Below, piece by piece: positions 16,424-25,683 of a stretch of 64,000 bases of DNA. Source of the DNA: Patescibacteria group bacterium (lineage in GTDB: Bacteria; Patescibacteriota; Minisyncoccia; Phycocordibacterales; GCA-2747955). The translations under genes and the position numbers were made by a program. Under the pieces are notes generated by a model. It saw only the letters and a list, made by a program, of their open reading frames with translations, was not told the DNA's origin and ran no database searches. Positions within the stretch are counted from its first letter, which is position 1, and each line of letters begins with the position of its first letter. Location of the stretch: the NCBI GenBank assembly GCA_048538215.1, contig JBLYPV010000001.1:467850-531849 (forward strand), given 5' to 3'.

Positions 16424-18793
16424 TTATTTTACCTGAGCCCAGGTATCTCCTTGGTGAGAATCCACTACTAGAGATATTGCAGGAGTCACTCCCACCTGGG
16501 GGGCGTAGGTATCGAGTACCCGCTCCATAATCTGAGTAATTGTTTCTTGCTCTTTTTCGATAATACTAGTGTCTACTTCAAAGATAAGCTCATCGTGTAC
16601 CTGAGCGAGAATATGCACACAATTGAGGAGCTCATTTTTTTTAAGGTAGGTATATATATCCTTGAGGGCTAATTTAATAATGTCTGCAGTGGCAGTGCCC
16701 TGGATTGGCGCATTGACAGCCATACGTTCAGCTGCTGCTCTAATAAAAGGCACTTTACTGTCAATATCACTAAAGTAGCGGATGCGCCCAAAAAGGGTGC
16801 GAGAATATTTATGTTTACGAGCACTTTCTTTAGATGATTCCAAATAAGATGCAAGAGTGGGGAAGCGATCAAAATATTTTTCAAGATATTCTTCAGCGTC
16901 CCGAGCAGTGTATTCATCTATTCCTAAATTGCTACGCAAAGCCCGTGCACCCATTCCATAGAGAATACCAAAATTAATTATTTTAGCTTTACGACGATTT
17001 TCTGCTGTTTCATCACCAAACATTTCTCGAGCTACCGCTCTATGAATATCTTGTCCATCACGAAAAAATTGTAAGAGCTTTTCGTCACGAGAAAGTTCAG
17101 CGGCGACGCGTAATTCAATCTGAGAATAATCACAAGAAAGTAATCGGTAGCCCTTTTGGGCTATAAACATAGTACGGATTTCTTTTCCATAGGTGCCTCC
17201 AGTGGGAATATTTTGAAGATTGGGATCACGAGATGACATTCGTCCGGTGGTGGTACCACTTTGTATAAAAGTAGTATGAAGACGATTGGTACGAGGGTCG
17301 ATCATCGGCTTGATGTTATCAAGGTAGGTTGAGGTGAGTTTGGTGAGTTCACGATATTCAAGAATATCATCAATAATAGGGTGTACCCCTTGCAATTTAC
17401 TGAGCTCAGACTCTTTGGTAGAGATGTTGCCGGTTGGCGTTTTTTTGATGCCTTTTGTAGGGAGATCTAATACGTCAAATAAAATATGGGCTAGTTGTTT
17501 GGTAGATTTGATATTAAATGTTTCACCAGCATGCTTGTAGATTCGCTTTTCAAGCTCTGCTTCTTGTGCGTGAAATTTTTGTGATAGTTCGTCGAGACGC
17601 TCTATATCTATCAGTAAGCCAGTATTATTCATTTGTTCTACTACTTCAATGATGGGGCATTCAATCTCGCGCCACACAAATTCTAAGTCATGATCTTTAA
17701 TTGCTTTTTCAATCTCACCATAAGCAGTATCAAAATCGTCACCATAGCGCAAAACGTCATCAAGGACGGGCTCACTAATAATTGGGTTGAGCAAATATAC
17801 TCCGAGCAAGGCCTCTTTTAGACGGCGACTGTCGATATTTTCTTCGGAGGCAATATCCTCAGTGTTTTCAAGACCAAGTATTTTTTGTAGTCGCTGGTGT
17901 AAGGTGCGGAATTCAAGTCTGCGAAACAAATCATCTATCTGTGCCATATCTATCCCTTCCCTAAGAGTGTAATCGGTAGTTTTGTAAGAAATGGGCACCT
18001 TGGTATAAATGGTGGCAAGCTCCTTTGAAAATCGAGCATCTTCCTCATGCTCACGGAGAAGCTTTTGGATGCGGGGCTTGATACCAGCTTCATCAAAGCT
18101 TGATGGATTATTTTTTAATTGTTCATAGATTGATTCAATTGAGCCAAAGGAGGTGATAAGCATACGTGCGGTCTTATCGCCAATTCCTGGTATGCCTTTG
18201 ATATTGTCTGAAGAATCACCCGCGAGCCCTTTATAATCTGGAATGAGATCTGAATCAAAGCCGTAGCGGTCTTGCACTGCTTCTTCATCATAGAGGATGG
18301 TATCAGTAATGCCTTTTTTGAGAGTGTACACCTGTACTTGATCAGTATTTACTAATTGTAAAGTGTCTAAATCACCCGAAGCAATAATGACTTGATGATC
18401 ACTTCTTTGGGATATTTGTCGAGCGAGGGTGCCGAGAACATCATCAGCTTCATAGCCGGGATATTCATAAATAGGAATGTTAAATGATTCAAATATTTTT
18501 TTGCTGGTCGACAATTGCTCTTTGAGGGCATCTTCTGTCTCACTTCTTGTCCCTTTGTATTCCTCATAGGCAGCATGACGAAAAGTGGGCTCGGGTAGAT
18601 CGTAGCAAGCAATAATATAATCAGGTTGCAATTCTTCGATAATTTTTAGAAGCATGGTACACACGCCATAGAGCCCCCCTGTGGGGGAGCCATCGCGCGT
18701 AGTAAAATCAGGCAAGGCATGATAGGCGCGGTGAATAATAGCGTGAGCGTCGAGGAGGATGGTACGCTTGCTGTACTTTGAGTTTTTTTTCAT
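16424..18793 (-). CDS. polA: DNA polymerase I (3'-5' exonuclease region reduced)
   Basis: LLDAHAIIHRAYHA, EADD, GDSSDNIKG, TGRMSSRDPNLQNIP, DYSQIELR, NFGILYG, QVHDEL. Confidence 0.97.
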   Translation of the reverse strand: MKKNSKYSKRTILLDAHAIIHRAYHALPDFTTRDGSPTGGLYGVCTMLLKIIEELQPDYIIACYDLPEPTFRHAAYEEYKGTRSETEDALKEQLSTSKKIFESFNIPIYEYPGYEADDVLGTLARQISQRSDHQVIIASGDLDTLQLVNTDQVQVYTLKKGITDTILYDEEAVQDRYGFDSDLIPDYKGLAGDSSDNIKGIPGIGDKTARMLITSFGSIESIYEQLKNNPSSFDEAGIKPRIQKLLREHEEDARFSKELATIYTKVPISYKTTDYTLREGIDMAQIDDLFRRLEFRTLHQRLQKILGLENTEDIASEENIDSRRLKEALLGVYLLNPIISEPVLDDVLRYGDDFDTAYGEIEKAIKDHDLEFVWREIECPIIEVVEQMNNTGLLIDIERLDELSQKFHAQEAELEKRIYKHAGETFNIKSTKQLAHILFDVLDLPTKGIKKTPTGNISTKESELSKLQGVHPIIDDILEYRELTKLTSTYLDNIKPMIDPRTNRLHTTFIQSGTTTGRMSSRDPNLQNIPTGGTYGKEIRTMFIAQKGYRLLSCDYSQIELRVAAELSRDEKLLQFFRDGQDIHRAVAREMFGDETAENRRKAKIINFGILYGMGARALRSNLGIDEYTARDAEEYLEKYFDRFPTLASYLESSKESARKHKYSRTLFGRIRYFSDIDSKVPFIRAAAERMAVNAPIQGTATADIIKLALKDIYTYLKKNELLNCVHILAQVHDELIFEVDTSIIEKEQETITQIMERVLDTYAPQVGVTPAISLVVDSHQGDTWAQVK

Positions 18794-18903
18794 ATATTTA
18801 TTGTAGCATTTTCTATATGACGAATAGTTTGATTTTGAACACAGATAAATTTTTATTTACTTACAAGAGCTTACAAAAAATGGATTAAGGGCAGAGGAGA
18901 TTT

Positions 18904-18932
18904 ACAAGGCCCGCGCTCCGCGCGGGCCTTGT
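18904..18932. terminator. GC-rich hairpin downstream of tsaE
   Basis: ACAAGGCCCGCGC-TCC-GCGCGGGCCTTGT. Confidence 0.5.
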
Positions 18933-18964
18933 CTGAGAATTAGGCATAAATACAATAATCTAAC

Positions 18965-19414
18965 TTATAGAGTAGCTATATTTAAAGCTCGAGTATCATC
19001 ATTTTGGATAGTGATGCTAATATTAATGCAATGTGGAGGCAAGATAGATTCTAGGTATTCCGGCCATTCGATAATGATAAGTTTTGCAGGGTCAGCAAAA
19101 AATTCTTCAAAGCCAAGAGGTTCTAGGGGCTCATCATCTAATCGATAGGCATCGATATGTACTAGCTTGTCCCACACTTGATTCTCGAGTGGATATTCTT
19201 TGGAGATAATAAAGGTAGGGCTTCGCACTGCCTGGTCGATACCTAGGGTGCGAGCAATTGCTTGAGTGAGAGTAGTTTTGCCTGCACCCAAATTACCACT
19301 AAGAGTAAGAATAGTAGCGCTCTTTGGATTTTTTTCTTTCTCGAGCTTTTTGACAAGAGTAGGGGCAAAGCTAGTTAGCTCTTCGAGAGAATGAATAGTA
19401 TGTGTATTTTGCAT
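18965..19414 (-). CDS. tsaE: tRNA threonylcarbamoyladenosine biosynthesis ATPase
   Basis: LSGNLGAGKTT, SPTF, HIDAYRL, IEWP. Confidence 0.95.
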   Translation of the reverse strand: MQNTHTIHSLEELTSFAPTLVKKLEKEKNPKSATILTLSGNLGAGKTTLTQAIARTLGIDQAVRSPTFIISKEYPLENQVWDKLVHIDAYRLDDEPLEPLGFEEFFADPAKLIIIEWPEYLESILPPHCINISITIQNDDTRALNIATL

Positions 19415-19482
19415 ACGCAAAAATTATAGCATGCCATACACAAGACAGGGGGGAGTGATCTCTGCTATAATCAAGAGCGACC

Positions 19483-21165
19483 ATGGTTGTCCAATTTAAA
19501 GAAACAAAACAAATACAGCGAGTAAAGCGTCTGAGAGCCGAACAAGAAGAACGAGCGGTCAGGCACTTTGCTCAAAAGCACGGCGTGGGCTATGTAAATT
19601 TAGACGTGGTCCCCGTCAACACCAATGCTTTACGGCTCATTCCAGAAGATAGAGCACACGAAGGAGCAATGGCTGCTTTTAATATTCAAGAGCGGAAGAT
19701 TGCGTTGGCTATTAAATCTCCACATAATCCACTAGTACAAGAAGAGGTGCAGAGGCTTGAAGAAAAAAAATTTGAGGTAGATCTTTATATGGCATCGCAA
19801 AATTCCCTAGAGAAAGCATGGAGCCGATATGGGGATATATCTTATGCAGTACAAACAGAAGAAGGAGTGATTGATATTTCTTCTGCTGATGTTAGTGAGA
19901 TTATTTCTCAGGCATCCACCCTTGATAAAGCATCAAAGCTTTTAAAAGAGGCTTTAGCATCCAAGCAATCCTATCGAGTTTCGAAAGTAATAGAAATTAT
20001 TTTATACGCAGCTTATGCACTCAAGGCATCTGATATTCACATTGAGCCGGGAGCCCAAAAGGTACAATTGCGCTATCGTCTCGATGGTATTCTTACTAAT
20101 ATTATTACATTTGACCTAGAAACATATCAGCGGATTCTTTCTCGTATCAAGCTTACTGCAGGGCTCAAGCTCAATATTCGACAGAATGCACAGGATGGAA
20201 GATTTTCTATTAAACTTGAAAATACTGAAATTGAAGTGCGTACCTCCACCTTGCCAGATGCCTATGGTGAATCAATTGTGATGCGTATCCTTGATCCAAA
20301 GTCTATCTCTGTGCCTATGAGTGAGCTAGGGATGCAACAAGACTTACTTGAAAGAATGCGACACGAAATCGCCCGTCCGAATGGCCTCATCCTCAATACT
20401 GGCCCTACTGGCTCAGGTAAATCTACAACCCTTTTTTCTTTCATTAAAAAAATTCGCTCACCAGATATTAAAATTATCACTATTGAAAATCCGATTGAGT
20501 ATCATGTAGATGGGGTGGTGCAAACACAAGTAGAGCGCGAAAAGGGCTATACCTTTTTGACGGGTCTCCGCTCGGCTCTACGACAAGATCCTGATGTCAT
20601 TATGGTCGGTGAGATTCGAGATGAAGAGACTGCCAAAATTGCTGCTAATTCTGCTCTCACCGGACACTTGGTATTCTCCACTCTCCACACCAATAGTGCT
20701 GCAGGTACCTTTGCGCGACTCGTAGATCTAGGAGTATCTGCAGATACGATTACGGTAGCACTTAATGTGGCGATGGCTCAGCGTTTGGTGCGTCGTCTTT
20801 GTCCACACTGTCGAAAAGAAAAACAGTTTAGTGAGTATGGGGAGTATATTCGGCGTATGATTACCAAAATACTCAATGGTATGCCCAACAAGGATCGCTA
20901 TATAGAACAAACAGAAATAGTCTACGAAGCCCAGGGTTGTGAGGAGTGTAATGGTACAGGGTATAGTGGGCGTATTGGTATTTTTGAGGTTATCTTTATG
21001 GACGAAGAGCTCGAGCAATTATTGCGTACCACCACTTCTGAGCACGATATTCAAAAAAATGTACGACGGCAAGAGGTACTTGATATGCGAGAAGACGGAG
21101 TGGCAAAAATATTTGCAGGGACTACCACAGTAGAAGAATTGATGCGAGTGGTAGATTTGGATTAA
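19483..21165 (+). CDS. pilB: Type IV pilus assembly ATPase (PilB/GspE family)
   Basis: ASDIHIEP, QDGR, GPTGSGKSTT, LRQDPDVIMVGEIRD, STLHTN, zinc motif CPHC...CEEC. Confidence 0.9.
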   Translation: MVVQFKETKQIQRVKRLRAEQEERAVRHFAQKHGVGYVNLDVVPVNTNALRLIPEDRAHEGAMAAFNIQERKIALAIKSPHNPLVQEEVQRLEEKKFEVDLYMASQNSLEKAWSRYGDISYAVQTEEGVIDISSADVSEIISQASTLDKASKLLKEALASKQSYRVSKVIEIILYAAYALKASDIHIEPGAQKVQLRYRLDGILTNIITFDLETYQRILSRIKLTAGLKLNIRQNAQDGRFSIKLENTEIEVRTSTLPDAYGESIVMRILDPKSISVPMSELGMQQDLLERMRHEIARPNGLILNTGPTGSGKSTTLFSFIKKIRSPDIKIITIENPIEYHVDGVVQTQVEREKGYTFLTGLRSALRQDPDVIMVGEIRDEETAKIAANSALTGHLVFSTLHTNSAAGTFARLVDLGVSADTITVALNVAMAQRLVRRLCPHCRKEKQFSEYGEYIRRMITKILNGMPNKDRYIEQTEIVYEAQGCEECNGTGYSGRIGIFEVIFMDEELEQLLRTTTSEHDIQKNVRRQEVLDMREDGVAKIFAGTTTVEELMRVVDLD

Positions 21166-21244
21166 GTTTTTAGATACAAATATACATATATAAATATGTA
21201 TACAATAAAGTGTGCTTGCCGAGCCTACCTCACCCAGGTGATAT

Positions 21245-21290
21245 AGAGACTACTGACTAGTGCACGGCCGTGCACTAGTCAGTAGTCTCT
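21245..21290. repeat. 46-bp perfect spacerless palindrome
   Basis: AGAGACTACTGACTAGTGCACGG|CCGTGCACTAGTCAGTAGTCTCT. Confidence 0.9.
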
Positions 21291-21421
21291 TATGTAATAC
21301 GCCTTTGTCTTTTTATTGTTGGTTCAATTTTATGGAGAGTAGCTTACTTCGGATAAAGATGTTGAAAACTTGGCATCAAAATAAATACATAGATTTCTAT
21401 ACACTTTGCTATACTAGAGGT

Positions 21422-22405
21422 ATGGAAGAATCAAGAGGAGCTACAGCTACTGGCAATAGCAATCTCGACAGCTTGTTGCGTCCAAGCAACTGGGCTGATT
21501 ATATTGGGCAAGAGAACATCAAGCAAAATTTGCGTATTTTGCTCGACGCTTCGCGTTCACGGGGGGATAGCCCAGAGCACTTACTTTTTTATGGTCCACC
21601 GGGCTTGGGGAAGACTACACTTTCTTATTTAATAGCTAAAGAAATTGGAGCTCAGATCAAAATTACCTCAGGGCCTGCTATTGATAAAGTATCTGATCTA
21701 GCAAGTATTTTGACCAATCTAGGCGAGGGCGATGTCTTATTCATTGATGAGATTCATCGATTAAATAAAACAATCGAAGAAGTACTCTATCCAGCAATGG
21801 AGAATGGGACCCTTGATATTATTATTGGCAAAGGGCCTTCAGCACGCACAGTGCAACTCGACTTACCGCCCTTTACGCTCGTAGCCGCCACTACCCGTAT
21901 TAGTTTGCTCTCACCACCTCTGCGTAGCCGATTCTCTGGTGGGGTACACCGGCTCGAGCTTTATGCTGAATCAGACATTGCTCAGATTATTCATAATTCA
22001 GCACGGGTCTTAGGTATGGATATTGCTGATGATGCTGCCCAGGCGATTGCTTGTCGCGCACGATCCACTCCACGTACGGCGAATTTTCTACTCAAGCGTT
22101 GCCGAGATATGGCTCAGCTAGATGGAGTGAGTATCACCCCACGAGTAGTAGAGCGCACTATGCAGATGCAGGGGGTAGATGAGCTTGGACTTTCTGAAAT
22201 TGATAGAGAGCTTTTACGTGTAATGATAGAAAAATTTAATGGTGGTCCGGTAGGGCTCTCTACTATTGCGGCAGCTATTAGTGAAGATCCATCAACCATC
22301 GAAGAAGTTTATGAGCCCTACCTGCTCCAACAAGGGCTCATCCACAAGACACCACGTGGACGCGAAGTGACCCAGGCTGCACGGCATCATCTCGGCTTTG
22401 TCTAG
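21422..22405 (+). CDS. ruvB: Holliday junction branch migration helicase RuvB
   Basis: LRP..W..YIGQ, GPPGLGKTT, DEIHRL, GGPVG, EPYL, TPRGR; start placed at MEESRG. Confidence 0.97.
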   Translation: MEESRGATATGNSNLDSLLRPSNWADYIGQENIKQNLRILLDASRSRGDSPEHLLFYGPPGLGKTTLSYLIAKEIGAQIKITSGPAIDKVSDLASILTNLGEGDVLFIDEIHRLNKTIEEVLYPAMENGTLDIIIGKGPSARTVQLDLPPFTLVAATTRISLLSPPLRSRFSGGVHRLELYAESDIAQIIHNSARVLGMDIADDAAQAIACRARSTPRTANFLLKRCRDMAQLDGVSITPRVVERTMQMQGVDELGLSEIDRELLRVMIEKFNGGPVGLSTIAAAISEDPSTIEEVYEPYLLQQGLIHKTPRGREVTQAARHHLGFV

Positions 22406-22556
22406 CAGACTGCCCACACAAGAAGGAGCTTTCTTGGTATATAGATCTTTGATGATATACTTCTAGTACATAAAAGAAGCAGAGCATTTTCCTGTATAAG
22501 CCTGGAGTGCTTAGCTTTTACCGCCGCAAGTTGGTCACTTGCATTCACAAACAATT

Positions 22557-23096
22557 ATGGCTGGACACAGTAAATGGCACAACATTAAACATAAAAAAGC
22601 TGCAGCAGATGCCAAGCGGGGCAAGGTATTTACTCGTTTCTCAAAATTAATCTCAGTCGCAGTTAAGGAGGCGGGTGGTGATGTAGATCACCCTAATGTA
22701 CAGACTATTATAGAAAAGGCCAAAAAAAATAGTGTACCAAAAGACAACATAGAGCGCGCTATTAGTAAGGGGCGCGATACCTCGAGTGCCGCGCTCGAGG
22801 CAGTAGTCTATGAGGGCTATGGGCCAGGTGGAGTAGGATTTATTGTAGAGGCAATTACCGATAATCGAAATCGTACGGGACAAGAAGTAAAGCATATTTT
22901 TTCAAAAGCAGGATATAGTATGGGAGTCCCGGGGAGTGTGTCTTGGGCTTTTATAAAAAATGAAGAAGGCGATTGGGAAGCCCAAGCAGATATGCAAATA
23001 GCAACAAGTGAAGATATTCAAAAAGCAGTTGATGAGTTTATCGAGCTCCTAGAAGAGCAAGATGATGTGACCCGAGTCGTGACTAACGCGACATAG
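22557..23096 (+). CDS. yebC: YebC/PmpR family protein (short form)
   Basis: MAGHSKWHNIKHKK, YEGYGPGG, TDNRNRT. Confidence 0.93.
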   Translation: MAGHSKWHNIKHKKAAADAKRGKVFTRFSKLISVAVKEAGGDVDHPNVQTIIEKAKKNSVPKDNIERAISKGRDTSSAALEAVVYEGYGPGGVGFIVEAITDNRNRTGQEVKHIFSKAGYSMGVPGSVSWAFIKNEEGDWEAQADMQIATSEDIQKAVDEFIELLEEQDDVTRVVTNAT

Positions 23097-23099
23097 TCT

Positions 23100-24119
23100 A
23101 TGCAGATTCGTGCTTACAAAAATTTACAAAGGCTCCATACATTTGGAGTCCCCTGGCGTTCAGAAGTATATTGCTCGTTGCACACTTTCGAAGAAGCAAT
23201 CAAAGCTATTCATTATGCCAATGAAAAACACATTGATATTCTTGTGCTTGGTGGTGGATCAAATATTTTGCCGACCAAGGATTGGCAGGGGCTTGTAATA
23301 AAAAACGAAATCGGAGGACGGGCGGTAATGGAAGAAACAAAAGATACTATTACTATCGAAATTGGGAGCGGAGAAAATTGGCATGATCTAGTCTTTTGGA
23401 GTATGGAACAAGGGATGTATGGCTTGGAAAATCTTGCCCTTATTCCCGGCACAGTGGGTGGGGCAGTAGTACAAAATATAGGAGCTTATGATGTAGACAT
23501 TGCGCGCTATATCAAAGCAGTGGAGGTAATTGAAATAGCTAGTGAAAAGAGCTATTGGATGAACACATCAGATTGTAATTTCTCATATCGAAAGAGTATA
23601 TTTAAATCACAGCCAGGAAAATGGCTAATTACAAGGGTTCGTTTAGAGCTTTTGCAAAAGTTTACTCCAGTGTTGAGCTATAAGGCACTAGAGCAAGCTC
23701 TTGGTGGTATTGCATATCCACGCGCACAAGACGTGGCACAGAGAGTAATCGATATTCGTCAGAGCAAGCTCCCTGACTGGCAGAAAATTGGTACAGCAGG
23801 CTCTTTTTTTGCCAATCCCCGTGTAAATGATACCGAGCTCAAACAATTACAAGCCAAATACCCGCAGATTCCCGTCTTTCATAATTATGGCACGAAAGAG
23901 CACACCATCCCCGCTGGCTATCTCATTGAGCACTGCGGGCTGGCAAAAGCAGATAAGGAAAAATTTATATACCCTAAGCATCATTTAGTGTTGGTCAATA
24001 ATGCCAAAAATACTGATGCTATATCTGGCAGAGAGATTGATACCTTTAGTAAAATCATCGAGCAAAGGGTGAAAGACACATTTGGTATCACCCTCATGCC
24101 TGAAGTGGTTGTATTGTAA
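23100..24119 (+). CDS. murB: UDP-N-acetylmuramate dehydrogenase
   Basis: LGGGSN, GLENLALIPGTVG, NIGAY, AGSFFANP, PEV. Confidence 0.95.
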   Translation: MQIRAYKNLQRLHTFGVPWRSEVYCSLHTFEEAIKAIHYANEKHIDILVLGGGSNILPTKDWQGLVIKNEIGGRAVMEETKDTITIEIGSGENWHDLVFWSMEQGMYGLENLALIPGTVGGAVVQNIGAYDVDIARYIKAVEVIEIASEKSYWMNTSDCNFSYRKSIFKSQPGKWLITRVRLELLQKFTPVLSYKALEQALGGIAYPRAQDVAQRVIDIRQSKLPDWQKIGTAGSFFANPRVNDTELKQLQAKYPQIPVFHNYGTKEHTIPAGYLIEHCGLAKADKEKFIYPKHHLVLVNNAKNTDAISGREIDTFSKIIEQRVKDTFGITLMPEVVVL

Positions 24120-24148
24120 TTGTCTTACAGGCGTAATACAATAGTAAT

Positions 24149-24412
24149 ATGAAAAAAACCGCCACCATTCAAGCTCGGGTACACCCCAAGCTCAAAAAAC
24201 AATCAGAACTTTTGCTTAAAAAGTTTGGGCTATCGCCAAGCGAATATATTAATATGGCTTTGTCACAAATGGTAATAGAGAAAAGGATTCCTTTTTCTGC
24301 CCATATTCCTAACAACAAGACCATCACTGCTATACATAAGGATACTTCTGAGGCCACAGGGTATAGTTCTGTGGAAAAACTAATGGATGACATTTCGCCA
24401 CAAGGTGGGTAA
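24149..24412 (+). CDS. RelB/DinJ-family antitoxin
   Basis: TIQARV..LKKQSE.LL..FGLSPSEYI...RIPF...PNNKT RHH pattern. Confidence 0.85.
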   Translation: MKKTATIQARVHPKLKKQSELLLKKFGLSPSEYINMALSQMVIEKRIPFSAHIPNNKTITAIHKDTSEATGYSSVEKLMDDISPQGG

Positions 24413-24421
24413 TCTAAAACA

Positions 24422-24605
24422 ATGAGAGATGTCTTATACAAAAGTCTTTCTCAAAGATGTAAAGCCTATAGCCAAACGGGGTAAAGACAGAGCTAAATTA
24501 CAAACTATGATTATCTCCTCACAAAAATATGGAAAAGTTGGTGCAAATTGTAAAACATATAAATTGAAAGGAGGTTATTATGGATGTTGGGAGTGTTATA
24601 TTTAA
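24422..24605 (+). pseudogene. Frameshifted, truncated YafQ-family toxin
   Basis: ATG at 24422 (MRDV) is out of frame with YTKVFLKDVKPIAKRGKDRAKL...KLKGGYYGCWECYI* (24435-24605). Confidence 0.75.
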
Positions 24606-24615
24606 TATTTAAATT

Positions 24616-25107
24616 ATGAAAGTACTTGCAGTAGATCCAGGCTATGATCGAGTGGGCTTTGCACTCGTTGAAACACAGGTGCAAACAAATGGGGCGACAA
24701 ATGAAGTCTGCCTGCACTCGGAAACATTTCAAACGAGTAGAGAAGAAGACTTTAACACTCGTTTGCACCAAGTAGGAATGCGTACCAGAGAATTAATCGC
24801 ACAGTATGCTCCTACACATTTAGCAATTGAAACCCTCTTTTTCTCTAAAAATCAAAAGACTGCAATGCAGGTAGCCCAAGCTCGAGGCACGATTATATAC
24901 CAGGCTCTTGATCTAGGTCTTAGGGTATGTGAGTATAGCCCTCAGCAAATCAAAATAGCAGTCACGGGCCATGGGGGAGCAGACAAGCGGGCGGTTGTGG
25001 CAATGTTGCAACACTTGGTGGCTCTTGATACGCGCACACGGCTGGATGATGAGTATGATGCTATTGCTTGTGCTCTCACCTGCCTGGCCTCTTCTCGTGG
25101 AAAATAG
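24616..25107 (+). CDS. ruvC: Holliday junction resolvase RuvC
   Basis: VDPG, IETLFFSKN, QARG, IKIAVTGHGGADK, DDEYDAIA. Confidence 0.95.
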   Translation: MKVLAVDPGYDRVGFALVETQVQTNGATNEVCLHSETFQTSREEDFNTRLHQVGMRTRELIAQYAPTHLAIETLFFSKNQKTAMQVAQARGTIIYQALDLGLRVCEYSPQQIKIAVTGHGGADKRAVVAMLQHLVALDTRTRLDDEYDAIACALTCLASSRGK

Positions 25108-25168
25108 TGTACAAGTAGATGGCTTTGCTATGGTATAATTATTCTATTAGTAGTTAATACATATCGGT

Positions 25169-25546
25169 ATGTCATTTTTAGGAAATCTATTCGGCTCTCC
25201 TCGAGGAGACGATAGCAATAGCCAAGCTCATGATGCCAAGGAGGCACAGGCAATGGATCAAGAAATTGATGGGGCAGAGGATATGGGGCAATTAGGAGGG
25301 GATGTTTTGAATGAGATAGATGCCACCATTCTCCCTACCGAAGAGAATGTTTCTCCTACTTTAGACCAAGTGGGGGATGTGGCCCAGGCGGCAGAAGATA
25401 TGGCCGAGGAAGGAATCGAGCTTATAGACAAAGAGGCTGGACAAGCGCAAATGCAAGTCGAGGAAGGAGCGATGGATGCACCTCAGAATCTAGATGATAG
25501 TGCTCAGGAGACAGGAAGCTCTCTCGGACATAACGACAGACTATAA
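25169..25546 (+). CDS. Acidic, probably disordered hypothetical protein
   Basis: 125-aa D/E/Q-rich ORF with TGGTATAAT upstream. Confidence 0.6.
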   Translation: MSFLGNLFGSPRGDDSNSQAHDAKEAQAMDQEIDGAEDMGQLGGDVLNEIDATILPTEENVSPTLDQVGDVAQAAEDMAEEGIELIDKEAGQAQMQVEEGAMDAPQNLDDSAQETGSSLGHNDRL

Positions 25547-25683
25547 GCTTTACTAGTAGTCTTTCGTCACAGAGCTCGCTTATTCTGGCGAGTTTTGTAT
25601 TTATCGGTATTAATCGAGCTAGCATCTCCCTCCCACTTGTGCGAAAATAGGGTGCACCACTAGGCGCGTATCGGAGACCATCT

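Noticed and set aside
21260-21421. N-terminal extension of RuvB, and similar extensions of xth, rpmH, dksA-like, MFS and M23 ORFs
   Set aside because: Homology-like sequence and promoter position point to downstream ATGs.
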